64,000 nucleotides of DNA from Octopus vulgaris (GCA_951406725.2 OX597839.1:11904001-11968000), one strand, 5' to 3'; shown: positions 25,930 to 39,182, counted from the stretch's first letter. Notes: a model not told the origin generated them from the letters alone. Program-made: numbers and translations.

Positions 25930-26049
25930 GGTGTGTATAAATTTTATATGAGTAAAATATCTAGTCTCAACGTTTTGTTAATCTTCTATAATAATTATTT
26001 CAATACACTTGTTCTTCCTGACCTTTATTTTATGACCGCTACTGCATGC

Positions 26050-26592
26050 TGTATTTTCCGGCATAAAAGGAAGGGGAAGACACAAAGATCCCTGATTTAC
26101 TGAGTGAACTGGAGCAATGTAAAGTGAAGAGTTTTGTTCAAGAACATATCGTGCAGCTGGTCTGGGAATCGAAACCACGACCACAAGACTGCGAGTGCAA
26201 CAATCTAATCATAAGGCCACACGCCCTTTTATTTTCTCTCTCTCTGTCTATATCGGGACCCCCTTTGGTCACGACACTGACCATGGGATTGCACCTAGAA
26301 AGTTACCCTCCTAGTCACAAGTCTGGGCAAGGTGCTTTATGGAAGACCAGCAGTTGCCCATGCATACCGGCCTCCCCTCTCCACGCCACCAGTGTTATCC
26401 AAGAGAAAGGCAAAGCCCAATACAGCTTGGTACCTGTGACGTCGCAACTCATTTCTACAGCTGAGTGAAGTGGAGCAACGTGAAATAAGATGTCTTGCTC
26501 AAGAACACAACACGCAGCCCGGTCCGGGATTCGAGCTCACAACCTCACGATCGTAAGCTCGACGCCCTAACCACTGATCCATGTCCCTTCAC
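26050..26592 (-). mobile_element. Two family D-type SINEs
   Basis: Reverse complement of the tRNA-like head plus ttcttgagcaagaca...atttcacgttgctcca. 26255-26592 matches 15510-15870. Confidence 0.8.
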
Positions 26593-27449
26593 CTGTGTCT
26601 ATATATGGATATACATATACGCACAAACACATATATACACATACAAACATACACACACGCGCACAAACACACACAAAACGAAGAAACTGTCAAGTAAGTT
26701 CTTTCAGTTAATGCATTCTCTAATCGTTTCTAACATTGAAACAATATTGTGTGTGCGTATGTGTGTTGGGGGTGCTCTGTCAATTAGCCGGCATTCCAGG
26801 ACTTGACTAGTACTTGAATGAATAAAAAAAAATACATACATAAGCAAACAGATAGATAAAAAAAACCCATTCATTTTTCATGTCAGTCAGAGAAAAGAGT
26901 TGACTGAGACGCAAATACACCGTTTGACATCTAATGTAGCCAAAGGAGAACATGTCTGCCGTGTGTTTATATGAGTCATCGTAGGTGTAATTATGCTTTT
27001 GCTCTGTGTGTGCGTGTGTGTGTGTGTAAAGGCGGCTTGGGTGTAAAGCCATCTTGTCCTTGACGTGATCAGCAAAGGTCAATATGAACATAATAATTCT
27101 TGTATTGAAACTAAATTAAATTATAGGTCATTTAGTTGTTGTAAGACGAGAACTGGTGCCGGCCATTTTGAAGGCGCCGCCAGTGTCTTGGTCGTTCTTA
27201 CCTTTATGAAGCTTGTTAAACGGCGGTTGATAAAAGGATGAAAGGAATTAAAAACGAGGTAGACTTTTGCCGATGTTAATCATTGCTGGAGTACAGCAAA
27301 CCCTCGTCTTTCTAATAACTGAGAAATGGGATGTGAGGGGTTGTGGTGGTGGTCGAACAATTTTTAACCCTTTCCACACGAGGTACAAGGCGTGAATTGT
27401 CATCGATCAGTACAGAGAAGGTTTTAAAAGTCCAAATACACGTTAAATA

Positions 27450-27541
27450 AATACTGTAAATATGGTGTTCCTACTTCGCGGAAATTCAGTTATCGCGGCC
27501 GGTCTCGGAACCAATCTACCACCATAAACGAGGGATCACTG
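27450..27541 (-). mobile_element. Tigger/pogo-like MITE end
   Basis: Reverse complement begins cagtgatccctcgttta...gcgataactgaatttccgcgaagtagg. Confidence 0.5.
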
Positions 27542-27683
27542 AATAACATGGATTACATACAATGTAAGCGAACAAGAGAAAGAATGAGACGGTATTGGCA
27601 AACGACGTAAAGAGAGCAGAGGGTCGAATCACTAGAACAAAAACGGAAACAGCAGCGTAGAAGGGAAAACATGAATCAAAGGG

Positions 27684-28101
27684 AATACCTATTTCTTCAC
27701 TCCCCACAAGAGGCTACACACAGAGGGGACAAACAAGGACAGACAAACGGATTAAGTCAATTACATCGACCACAGTGCGTAACTGGTACTTATTTAATCG
27801 ACCCCGAAAGATGAAAGGCATAGTTGACCCCGACGGAATTTGAACTCAGAACGTAACGGCAGACGAAATACCTGTTTCTTTACTACCCACAAGGGGCTAA
27901 ACACAGAGAGGACAAACAAGGACAGACAAACGGATTAAGTCGATTATATCGACCCCAGTGCGTAACTGGTACTTATTTAATCGACCCCGAAAGATGAAAA
28001 GCATAGTCGACCTCGGCGGAATTTGAACTCAGAACGTAGCGGCAGACGAAAGACCGCTGAGCATTTCGCCCGGCGTGCTAACGTTTCTGCCAGCTCGCCG
28101 C
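27684..28101 (-). mobile_element. SINE family B tandem partial dimer with TSD
   Basis: Flanking repeat tgaatcaaag(g/a)gaat(a/g)cc. Confidence 0.9.
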
Positions 28102-28488
28102 TGAATCAAAGAGAATGCCGTATGTACAACAGATGAGAGAATGTGTTCAAGAGAGAATAGAAAATGAAAATGAGAGAGGACATCAAAACGTCTGTAAATA
28201 TATGTTTGAATGTTACAACATTGGTGACATGAATATTCTCTGTAATCATTTTACAGCGCTTAGATATACAAATGAACCTCTGAACTGCTGAGAGAATGGG
28301 AAAGTCATGCTTCTACAATTACAAACTTATCCAGAATAACAGAAATGTCTTCTCTCTTTTTTCTTTTAATGAAAATAGTGTGGTATATACAATTTCAAAA
28401 GAAACATTAATTTTCATGGTTCTGTGTAAACTTCCAACCATCTAAAAAATTTCGCATTTCTTGTAGAATTTCCACGGATGCTGCTGGT

Positions 28489-28560
<72 letters not shown>

Positions 28561-28602
28561 CTCTAAAACTGCTGGCCGTGTATCAAAATTTGAAACCAGT
28601 GA

Positions 28603-28845
28603 AGGCGGCGAGCTGGCAGAAACGTTAGCACGCAGAGCGAAATGCGTAGCCGTATTTCGTCTGCCGTTACGTTCTGAGTTCAAATTCCGCCGAGGTCGAC
28701 TTTGCCTTTCATCCTTTCGGGGTCGATAAATTAAATACCAGTTGCGCACTGGGTCGATATAATCGACTTAATCCGTTTGTCTGTTCTTGTTTGTCCTCTC
28801 TGTGTTTAGCCCCTTGTGGGTAATAAAGAAATAGGTATTTCGTCT
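28603..28845 (+). mobile_element. SINE family B, full length
   Basis: Ends aaataggtatttcgtct, the start of a further internal repeat. Confidence 0.92.
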
Positions 28846-28894
28846 ATATATATATATATATTACGGAGATGTACTCGCATAGCAAGTAATTTGA

Positions 28895-28940
<46 letters not shown>

Positions 28941-28975
28941 TGAACAAAGAGAAAACACAACAACGCAAGAAGGAG

Positions 28976-29012
28976 TATTCAACGTTTCGAGCGGAGCTCT
29001 TCGTCAGGAACA
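28976..29012 (-). ncRNA. Minimal type I hammerhead ribozyme with intact core, in a PLE-like fragment (28936-29085)
   Basis: UGUUC-CUGACGA-A-GAGC(UCC)GCUC-GAAAC-GUU-GAAUA. Palindromic minimal stem III; (TA)n on both sides. Confidence 0.85.
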
Positions 29013-29081
29013 GAAAAAGGAAAGGTCCAAGGAAGGGAAGACGGAGAAAGAAAATAGCCAACGATACACACGCGGTCACAT

Positions 29082-29146
<65 letters not shown>

Positions 29147-29769
29147 ACATACAAACATATATGTGTGTGTATATGTATGTGTGTGTGTGTGTGTGTGCGC
29201 GTGTGTATATTTTGTATACATGTTTTTGTTCTATATACATACTATTTTTTTTTATTATTTGTGTAGATATAGTAATGGATTTTGATCTCACAAATCTCGC
29301 ATACTTGAGATCGTTATCCTACGCTCAGTTGGTCGTTTAACTCATAAAACAACACCCGACCCTCGACAGACCTCACCCCCTCACCACCGCACGTCTACTA
29401 CCAACAAAAGACAAACCAATAAAACAGCATAATAAAATAAATTAAATACAAAAAAAAAAACTAATACGAAACCCGTAAATAAATACATAAAAAACGCACA
29501 CCACCCCCTTCTGACTTAATTCATATCAAAATGCCAGCTTACAAAACCGAATCTCTTAAAGACGCCAAGTGGAAAAAAAAAATGACAATTTTTTTGTTGT
29601 TTATTTATTAGTTATTCTCCTCCACCCCCTCCTCGCCAACCCTGCAACCACTCTTATGTTCTCAAGTACCTATTTTTCTGTGAATGCCAGCTATTAATCG
29701 CTTCCTCGGTGGGTGGGCTGATTTTGGAGCTAGGTTCGCGTCGTAATTACTGATTCGGCAGTAAAAGAA

Positions 29770-29825
<56 letters not shown>

Positions 29826-29827
<2 letters not shown>

Positions 29828-30035
29828 CCTTTCTACTACAGGCACAAGGCCTGAAATTTGGGGGAGGTACCAATCAGTTACATCGACACCAGTGTTCAAC
29901 TGGTACTTTATTTTATCGACAGTGAAAGGATGAAAGGCAAAGTCAACCTTGGCGGAATTTGAACTCAGAACGTAGCAACGGGCGAAATACCGCTACGTAT
30001 TTCATCCAGTGCACAAACGATTCTGCCAGCTTGCT
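29826..30035 (-). mobile_element. SINE family B, alternative tail ending in (ATT)n
   Basis: Reverse complement of core plus ccaaatttcaggccttgtgcct tail. Confidence 0.85.
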
Positions 30036-30043
30036 GCATAATG

Positions 30044-30103
<60 letters not shown>

Positions 30104-30431
30104 GTTGTTTTAAGTTCAAAACGTTGCTTTTTTAGAAAACGAAAAAATAGTTTCACCATTCCATACCAGAACCGCTGTACTTCACTTTGACAATCCTTGA
30201 TACCTTAGTATCTGAAGCAGCTGGAGATACGATAGTTAGACCAAAACAACCGGTTATTGCAAGCAAAAATACATATTGAAAAAAAAAAAAAATTGGGACA
30301 TACGACTGTTTAACATAATAGCAACAATATATATATATATATATATAAAACTTATATATAAAATGTACAAAAGGGGACAAGAACGCAAACTACACAAAGA
30401 GACGACACAAAAAAACAGACAGGTCATTCGA

Positions 30432-30498
30432 AGCCTCTAATCTTCAGTCAGGAACCGGATCATCTTAGCAATTTCGGCTGATTAATACTGATATCGCT
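30432..30498 (-). ncRNA. Candidate non-circularly permuted hammerhead ribozyme in a PLE-like fragment (30345-30660)
   Basis: AGCGAU-A-UCAG ... AGCC-GAAA-UUGCU ... CUGA-CUGAAGA-uuaga-GGCU. Stem III 6 bp, stem I 4 bp, stem II 4 bp. Confidence 0.7.
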
Positions 30499-30839
30499 CC
30501 GATCCGGCCAGCCCCAAGGAAAAACTAAGCTGCGAGCATTAGATTTCTTGGAAAAAGGATCGAATGTATACGAAACAAAGACAGAAAACCGGACGATGCC
30601 ACACGAATATAAATACAAGAAACAAAAAATAAAAATAAAAATAAAAAACAAGACAGCGGGAGTCTTACGACTTCAGACAATTTAACTTATCTTGGCTGGC
30701 GTAATATATATATGTATAGACACACACACGATGAGTTAGTTCCCTTCAGTTCCCGTCAATCATAAGACATAAAAAGAGAATAAAATAAAATGAAACAAAC
30801 AGTGTCCTTAATAGAGGAGCAATTTACCTACGTTAGTTC

Positions 30840-31110
30840 AGGAACCCGAACACAAAAAATGGTACGGGTTACTTTGCCGTCTCCAAGGCATCGAAAGTGC
30901 TCTCTTTCGGATTCTTTCCTCATACTTAAAAAAAACCCAGAAAGTACTCAGAGTAGGCCCATCTAGACTCACCAGTTTTGCCACTCTCATCCACCTTTTG
31001 ATAAAATACACTAGACGCTAGCGACTTTCTCGCTTCTCTTGTCTTTCTCTTTAAATGGTACTTGAAGAAGCTGATGAGAGCTTGATCAGATAGGAAAGTG
31101 CCTGTCTTTA
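30840..31110 (-). pseudogene. L1/Tx1-like LINE ORF2 C-terminal fragment
   Basis: TFLSDQALISFFKYHLKRKTREARKSLASSVFY / KRWMRVAKLV, joined by a frameshift, resembles L1/Tx1 ORF2 ends (F..RW motif). Confidence 0.5.
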
Positions 31111-31372
31111 ACAACAACAGCAACAACTACTACATCAACAGCAACAACAATAACAGCAACAAGAATGATAATATAAATCTGGTACAGTTTAACAATCCCG
31201 TTCTTTTAATCTTGGAGCCATCATTATTTCTAAAAAAAATCTACTTTCTTTCAAGCGATACCATCAAAATGAAAGACATTTGTCGCAGTAGGACGGCTAA
31301 ATATTATAAGATTCAAATATTTCGGGTGGCTGTGGTGGTCTAGTGATGCTGGTGATAAAAGGTTTGTGGTGT

Positions 31373-31542
31373 ACAGAGCCGCCTTATCAACATTATAGGC
31401 CCCCGGGCCAATTAATACACTGAGTCTTATACTATTTATTAACTGCAAGCCACAGCATGCGTACAAACGTCAGAATTGGACTCCTACTCTCGTGAGGCCG
31501 CTGGGCAATTACCCAGTGTGCCAACGCCTTAAGACAGTCGTG
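31373..31542. mobile_element. Decayed hAT-like MITE
   Basis: Ends cagagccgcctta / taagacagtcgtg, with internal ggcccccgggcc and gggcaattacccag. Confidence 0.45.
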
Positions 31543-32157
31543 GTGGTGTGTGTATGTGTGTGTGGATTACATTGGTTTAAAAAAAAAGGCATCTTCGTAT
31601 ATAAGAAAATATAATGAATAAATCAGACTTGTAAATATTAAAAGCATAATTTAAAATGGCTGCCAATAACGAAAGACGTGATTGTTCAGCAAGATTTTCA
31701 TTTGTTATCTCCCCTCCTCTCTCTCGTTTATCTCCCCATCCTCTCTCTCTTTCCTTACCTATCATTTCATCTTTTTCTGTCTATCTACCCTTCCGCCTTT
31801 CGTTCTCTCTCTGAAACACTTTCTTCAATACGTACACATATTAATATTTCCTTATACATACATATTGTTGAGTGTAATTAAATATAGAGATAGAGAAGTA
31901 AATAGATAGATAGATAGAGAAGTAAATAGATAGATAGATAGATAAATAGACAGACAGACGGACTGATAGATAGATAGACAGATAGATAGAAAGACTGACA
32001 GAGAGACAGAGACAGAGAGAGAGAAAGATAGACACAGATAGACAGAGAGACAGATAGGCAGACAGATAGGAAGACAGGCAGGCTGAGAGATAGACAGAGA
32101 GACAAACAGACAGACAGATTAGATAGGTAAATAGATACACAGACAGACACACAGCTA

Positions 32158-33429
32158 CAGGGGTTGGCCAAAATAATGGAAACACATAGTACCATAGCAT
32201 CATAATTTTGAAATATCTATGAAACCGTCAAAAGCTTATTTTTATGTTTTTTGATTTATTATTAGTGTTGCTTAATATGTTTTGCTAAAATTGCACTTTC
32301 TTTTCAGATATCATCATAGAAAGGTAATTAAAATTCATTAAAATGACCAATCTATCGGTCTTTCAAAGAGATCTAATTGTTGGTGCTCGTATGGCAGGCG
32401 CTAGCGTAACGAAAATAGCCGAAATATTTGGTGTATCAGGAAGTACAGTCTCGAAATTAATGACAGCCTTTGAGAAAGAGGGGAAAACCTCCTCGTTGAA
32501 ACAAAACTCCGGAAGAAAACCAAAACTTTCAGATAGGGACTATCGGACTCTTACGCGAATTGTTAGAAAGGATCACAAAAGTACACCTCCCAAAATTACT
32601 GCAGAGTTTAATGACCTCTTCGAGAACCCAGTTTCCACAAAAACTGTTCGCCGGGAGCTGCACAAAGCCGGATTTCACGGGAGGGCTGCAATCAGAAAAC
32701 CACTACTTTCAAAAACAAACATTGCAAAACGTTTATAGTGGAGTAAAAACCTACAGAATTGGTCCCTAGAGCAGTGGAAGAATGTTATTTTATCGGACGA
32801 GTCATTCTTTACCTTATTTCAGACCACCGGCCGAGTATACGTGTGGAAACAGTCAAAAGAAGCATTTGACCCAGATTGTCTTCTTCTAAGTGTTAAACAT
32901 AGAGGAGGATCCGTGATGATTGGGGAGAGGGGAGAGCTGTATCTTGGAAATCTGCCGATCCAATGGTTTCCCTTCATGGCAGAATTAATAGTCAAGACTA
33001 AGCATTTTATCTGACCGAATTCATCCTATGTTTGCGGAACTGTTTCCGGAGGGAACGCAATCTTTCAGGATGATAATGCACCAATTCACACAGCTAAAGT
33101 TGTTACCGAATGGCACGAGGAACATTCTGGTGAAGTTGAACATCTTATCTGGCCACCACAATCCCCAATCTCAATATTATTGAACATTTATTGTGCATTT
33201 TAGAAAAACAAGTAAGGAGTCGATATCCTCCACCATCATCACTACAAGAACTGGAGACTGTTTTAACTGAAGAATAGACATAAATTCCTTTGGAAACAAT
33301 TCAAACTTTGTACGAGTCCCACAACTTGTAGAATTCAAACTGTAATTACTGCCAAATGCGGTCCTACCCCATATTAAAATAAATTTGTTTGAAATTTTAA
33401 GGTGTTTCCATTATTTTGTCCAACCCCTG
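32158..33429 (+). mobile_element. Tc1-like DNA transposon, full length (1272 bp), DD36E type
   Basis: TA-CAGGGGTTGGCCAAAATAATGGAAACAC ... GTGTTTCCATTATTTTGTCCAACCCCTG-TA. Confidence 0.96.
32343..33377 (+). pseudogene. Tc1-like transposase pseudogene
   Basis: HTH N-terminus with GRKPKLS, then LSDES, FQDDNAPIH and WPPQSP(D)LNIIE. Premature stop at 32736-32738 and frameshifts. Confidence 0.95.
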
Positions 33430-33510
<81 letters not shown>

Positions 33511-34196
33511 GGATAGATAGATGATAGATAGATAGATAGATGTTGAGAGAAAGAGACGGAAAGTGAGAAAGAGGAGGCAGAGGATAATTAAAAATCATGT
33601 CTGTTTAAGTACGGTATGCGGGTGCGTCCATGACGTCTGTATACACGCATACATACACACTTATACATACACACATATATCCTTAAACATACATATCTAC
33701 AGATACACACTCACATACATTATCCATGTGTGCATACACACATATTCTTAAACTACATTCATGCAGATATACACAGATAAATACACACACACACACACAC
33801 ATAGGTCACACATATGCATGCAGACACATATAAGTATTCTTAAACATACATACATGCAGATATATAAGCATACACACACGCAGAACGCGGCACGCATACA
33901 TTTAAATTCACACACACTCACAAACCTTCATAAATTTACAGTTACACACAGTATATAATCTTACACAGTTTTCGACGTTAATTTCTCAGCGGGCGACAAA
34001 TAAAAGAGATTACAGTGGATCGGTGGTGGTGATGGGACTTATTGAACGCGCCGTTGGAGGTAAGTAGGAGGTGAGCCACTAGTAATTAAAAAAAAACCTA
34101 CTGACATGGTTTCAATTCAATCTTTCTCTTTGATCGTTTACTTGTTTCTGGAGACGTGGGTTCGTGTCACATGGGCTGCCTTCGACATTTCCTTCA

Positions 34197-34549
34197 AAAG
34201 GTACACGTGTCTGTGGATTGCTCAGCCACTTACACATTAATTTCACGAGGTGGCTGTTCCGTTGATCGGATCAACTGGAACCCTCGTCGTCGTAACCGAC
34301 GGAGTGCCACGATTCTTATGGCGGCGAGCTGGCAGAAACGTTAGCACGCCGGGCGAAATGCGTTGCCGTATTTCGTCTGCCGTTACGTTCTGAGTTCAAA
34401 TTCCACCGAGGTCGACTTTACCTTTCATCCTTCCGGGGTCGATAAATTAAGTACCAGTTACGCACTGGGGTCGATGTAATCGACTTAATCCCTTTGTCTG
34501 TCCTTGTTTGTCTCCTCTGTGTTTAGCCCCTTGTGGGTAGTAAAGAAAT
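34197..34549 (+). mobile_element. Family D 3' fragment followed by a full family B SINE (34321-34549)
   Basis: Matches other copies in the window. Confidence 0.9.
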
Positions 34550-34769
34550 GGATATAAAATAAACTATGAAAAATAAAGAGCTATATATTATTTAACAGAT
34601 TCACCTTATTACACTTCTAAAGCAATCTGTTTGGAATTTATGAATCCACTGTATACATGAATACAGTTTAATGTTCATAGGATGAAAACTAAATGAAGGA
34701 AAGTAAAAAAACATGATCTGATTTTACAACAAATACAGGTACAAATTAATACGCTTCTCTGGCAGAGTT

Positions 34770-35135
34770 AAGCTCTCCCGACGGAAGAACCTTCCCCCCA
34801 TATGAGGTAGGCAAATCTCTAATCTGCGACGCCAGGTGCTGTGGCATCTTCTCCGGTACCTTTCTACATCGTCTGCAAACCCGGGTAATCGGCGCCCGTG
34901 ATGCAGAGGAGAGGAAAATAAACAATTACAGGAGCCTAAATGGCTGCTATCCGTTTGCTCCGGTCGCTGTCGAGACTTTGGGTGTTGTCGGAACCTGCAC
35001 TGCTGATTTCTTCCGCAAAACCGGTACGACTGCGGCCCGCCTGAGAAACTGAGCCTCACAAGGTGGCGTAGCTATTGTAGCGAGTGTCACTGGCCATTCT
35101 CCATAGCAACGCCTTTGCAACCATACCCGCGAGGA
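34770..35135 (+). pseudogene. CRE-like RLE non-LTR retrotransposon endonuclease domain (decayed)
   Basis: PDGRTFPP/YEVGKSLICDARC ... DAEERKINNYRSLNGCYPFAPVAVETLGVVG..DFFRK.G ... RVSLAILHSNAFA, a PD..D..K RLE pattern with frameshifts. Confidence 0.8.
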
Positions 35136-35610
35136 GCGGCTCAACACACCATTAGTTCTGGGGTGTTGAGTGCGTTACTCTCCCCATCCCCATCTTCTGT
35201 TGCTTAACCCTACCGCCATTTTTTTTGTCTTTGTCTCCTTCGTGGGGAAGTTCTGTTTCTCTCTCTCTCTCCTTCCCTCTCTCCCCACTCTCTCTTTCTT
35301 TCTATAATTTGAACTTTTATACTTTTTATCGTTTTCTTTCTCTTCTTTCTGTAAAAATATGCTGCAAAATATCCTTCCGCTTTAATTTTATCAAAAAACA
35401 AAATAAAACAAAATAAAAGGAAATAAAATGAAATAAAGAAAGAAAGAAAGAAGTAAAGAACAAAACTATTTCTAACACACCATATGCAAATTAATCAAGT
35501 TTAAAAACAAGGTCTGTTTATTCAATACAGGATACAATATATTGCATGGTACTGCACAGTATTACCGGATTTCTGGATGCCAGATAAGAGTTCCGGTACT
35601 GTCGTCGTCA

Positions 35611-35694
<84 letters not shown>

Positions 35695-35857
35695 TAGTAG
35701 CAGCAGCAGCAGCAGCAGCAGTAGTACTAGGAGTAGTAGTAGAAGATTAAACGCAAGTCAATCGTATTCGAGCAAGATCTATAAAAATGTTTGAAAAAGT
35801 GACTAGATTATCTCCCCCTACCCTGACCAGAGATAGTGTCATCTAAATTACTTTTTG

Positions 35858-36163
35858 TAGAGGCACATGGCCTAGTGGTTAGAGCAGCAGACTCGCGGTC
35901 GAGGGATCGTGGGTTCGAATCTCAAACCGGGCGATGTGTGTTTATGAGCGAAACACCTAAGCTCCACGCGGCTCCGGCAGAAGGTAATGGCGAACTTCTG
36001 CTGACTCTTTCGCCACAACTTTCTCTCACTCTTCCCTCCTGTATCTTGCAACTCACCTGCGACGGACCGGCGTCCCATCAAGGTAGATAACCTATACTCC
36101 AATGAAACCAGGAAATCAGCCCTTATGTGCCAGGCATGGTTTGAGAAGGAACAAACAACAAAC
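35858..36163 (+). mobile_element. SINE family C (tRNA-derived), full length
   Basis: A-box tggcctagtgg, B-box ggttcgaatct, (ACAA)-type tail. Inverse copy at 50880-51188. Confidence 0.9.
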
Positions 36164-36420
36164 AAATTACTTTTGGGGATTTATTCCACACTGCTAACAC
36201 AGGTGAAGCACTGTAATGACTTGTAAAACTTTAATATGCTTAGTAGTATATCATGGCCTAGTGATTAGGGTTTTGCACTCACGTACGCGAGATCGTGGTT
36301 TCAATTTCTAGACCGGGTGGTACGATATGTTCCTGATCAAAACACTTCATCTGACATTGTTGACCTGCGATCACTTCGACATCTGACTTGTGGTACACAT
36401 GTGTACCTGTTCAAAGAACC

Positions 36421-36525
36421 ACAATGTGATTTATTTACATTATTTACATTCGACGGATATTTGTCCTCATCTTGTTTGTTGTTTACACAACGTTTCGGCT
36501 GATATACCCTCCAGCCTTCTTCAGG
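36421..36525 (-). mobile_element. PLE-like fragment with type I hammerhead (36486-36526)
   Basis: AC-CUGAAGA-A-GGCUG(gagggtatat)CAGCC-GAAAC-GUU-GU. Stem I is cut short by fusion to a MITE. Confidence 0.8.
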
Positions 36526-36846
36526 TAGAATGTGTTTATAAAACATCTTTTTCTCTTGGCTTTATTGAGAAAACTCTTGTTTTTTTTCTTCAATTTCTGC
36601 AATTTCAACCAATCAATGACGTCTATTGAGGTAAAAACATTCTGTGCCGTATGAATATGTCCCTCATTTAAGAAACAGATTGGGTTTATTTACATTTGTG
36701 AAGAAAAAAAAGATACCCTCCCCCACCCCTAACCCCAACCCTACAACAGATTGAAATGCAATAGATCGATACTAGGGTCATAATTATGGGTGACAATTTC
36801 ATATGACACCGCTAGAAAAAAACTGCCGTTCAAACCGAAAAGATCC
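36524..36846. mobile_element. Left-truncated copy of the (CCCTAA)n MITE
   Basis: Near identity to 20452-20814, including the right TIR. Confidence 0.9.
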
Positions 36847-37311
36847 TAGTTGCGTATTGTGGTTGCGTAACGATATATAGTGACCCTAGCAGCATTTGAT
36901 ATGTAATCTAAATTGTTACCTTCAATTTTCTAAAGTTAGTTAGTGTTGCCTGAGGAGCGACATTTAACTGCTGCTGTTTCTAGTAGATAGACTGACCGCA
37001 ACTTCTATTGAACGGTTGCTGCTGTCTACCACCACCGCTGCCATCACCTCCACCAGCACCACTACCATTACCATCACCACTAATACAAGTGCTGCCACTC
37101 CACCACCACTACTACGGCTATCATACCACCACCACCACCACCACCACTACTGCTATACCATACCACCACCACCACCACTGCTACTACCACCACTACTACT
37201 ACTACCATACCATTACCACTACTACTACCATACCACCACCACTACTACCATACCACCACCACCACCACTACTACTACCATACCAACAGCACCACCACTGC
37301 TGCTGCTGCTG

Positions 37312-37367
<56 letters not shown>

Positions 37368-37925
37368 ACTACTACCACCACTAAAGTCCTGCAATAAATC
37401 TGCCAGCAAACAGAAAAATCTTCTGTGACACATTTCTCACGAGGCCGGGTCACCTGCCGTGCCTGGAACCACCGACTCCACCTTGGCAGCTAGTTCAACA
37501 TACTATCGACCTCAGCCAATTGAGTGAGAGTCGACTACCGAAATAAATCCCACGTGAGCTAAAAGATCTTACGAAAATAACAAAACAAAAGGCGATAATC
37601 CAACAAAGATCAGCGAAATGGAAAGGAAAGGAAGAAAGTAAGAAAAAAAGTCGGCCATTTTGAGCGAATTCCGTTCGTAAGTTTACTCATAACTGTTTGA
37701 AGTGTATTTAACCTTGTTTGATTTCGAACACTCGAGTACATTTTTATCGTCACCTCTAAGCTACCTACTCAAAGTAACAATGTCTACAGTATGTCCAGTC
37801 ACTGTTAGAGTTCTAAGATAAAGAATAAGACGTTAAATCTTTTAAAAGAAACACACTGAAAAAGCGGGAATACAAATAAACCAGACGATATTTCTTCGTG
37901 AAAAACCAACAGACAGAAATGAGCG

Positions 37926-37987
<62 letters not shown>

Positions 37988-38159
37988 GAGATAGAAGGAG
38001 TGAGGGAGAGAGAGGCGAGGAAAGAGGGGAAGGGGGTAGATAAAGTTAAAAGAGGAGCTTCCACGAGTCTTGGCACACAAACAAGGTTTTGTTGGAGTTT
38101 GTTTGACATGAAAGTAAATACCTGGGTGAAAAGTATAAACACACTTAGACCAACAAACA

Positions 38160-38197
<38 letters not shown>

Positions 38198-38480
38198 TGT
38201 GCATATATTATAAACATAAGCACACACATACATGCATAATGACGATTGACCAATCACAGATAAAGAAAGCAAGAGTCTACAAACACACATTCATAAACGT
38301 AGACACATACACATTCGCTATTAAACTAAACACACTCATCTCATACACACACATAAAGCCAGACAGACATGCATTTACACTCACACACACACACACACAC
38401 ACGTGTACTAGAAAGACTGGTAATGTTAGGTGTAGGGACATAAGCACTGATTCTAGGATATAGACGTACACATTATACCC

Positions 38481-38650
38481 AGGCATAGCTGTGTGGTAAG
38501 ATGTTTGCTTCTAAACCACATGGTTCCGGGTTCAACCCCACAGCGGGAAACCTCGGGGAGGCGTCTTCTATAGCCTCGGGGACGAAGAAAGTATTTGTGA
38601 GTGGATTTGGTAGACAGAAACTGAAAGAAAACCTTCGTGTATACACATAC
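38481..38650 (+). mobile_element. SINE family A, 5' half (decayed)
   Basis: Head and ggatttggtagacagaaactgaaagaa. Confidence 0.8.
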
Positions 38651-38667
38651 ACACACATACATACTTA

Positions 38668-39095
<428 letters not shown>

Positions 39096-39098
39096 CAC

Positions 39099-39172
<74 letters not shown>

Positions 39173-39182
39173 TATATACATA

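Noticed and set aside
30972-31101. Apparent minus-strand host exon (acag|...ctg|gtgagt)
   Set aside because: The peptide continues across a frameshift as an L1/Tx1-like ORF2 end and the acceptor lacks a good pyrimidine tract. Exonisation cannot be excluded.
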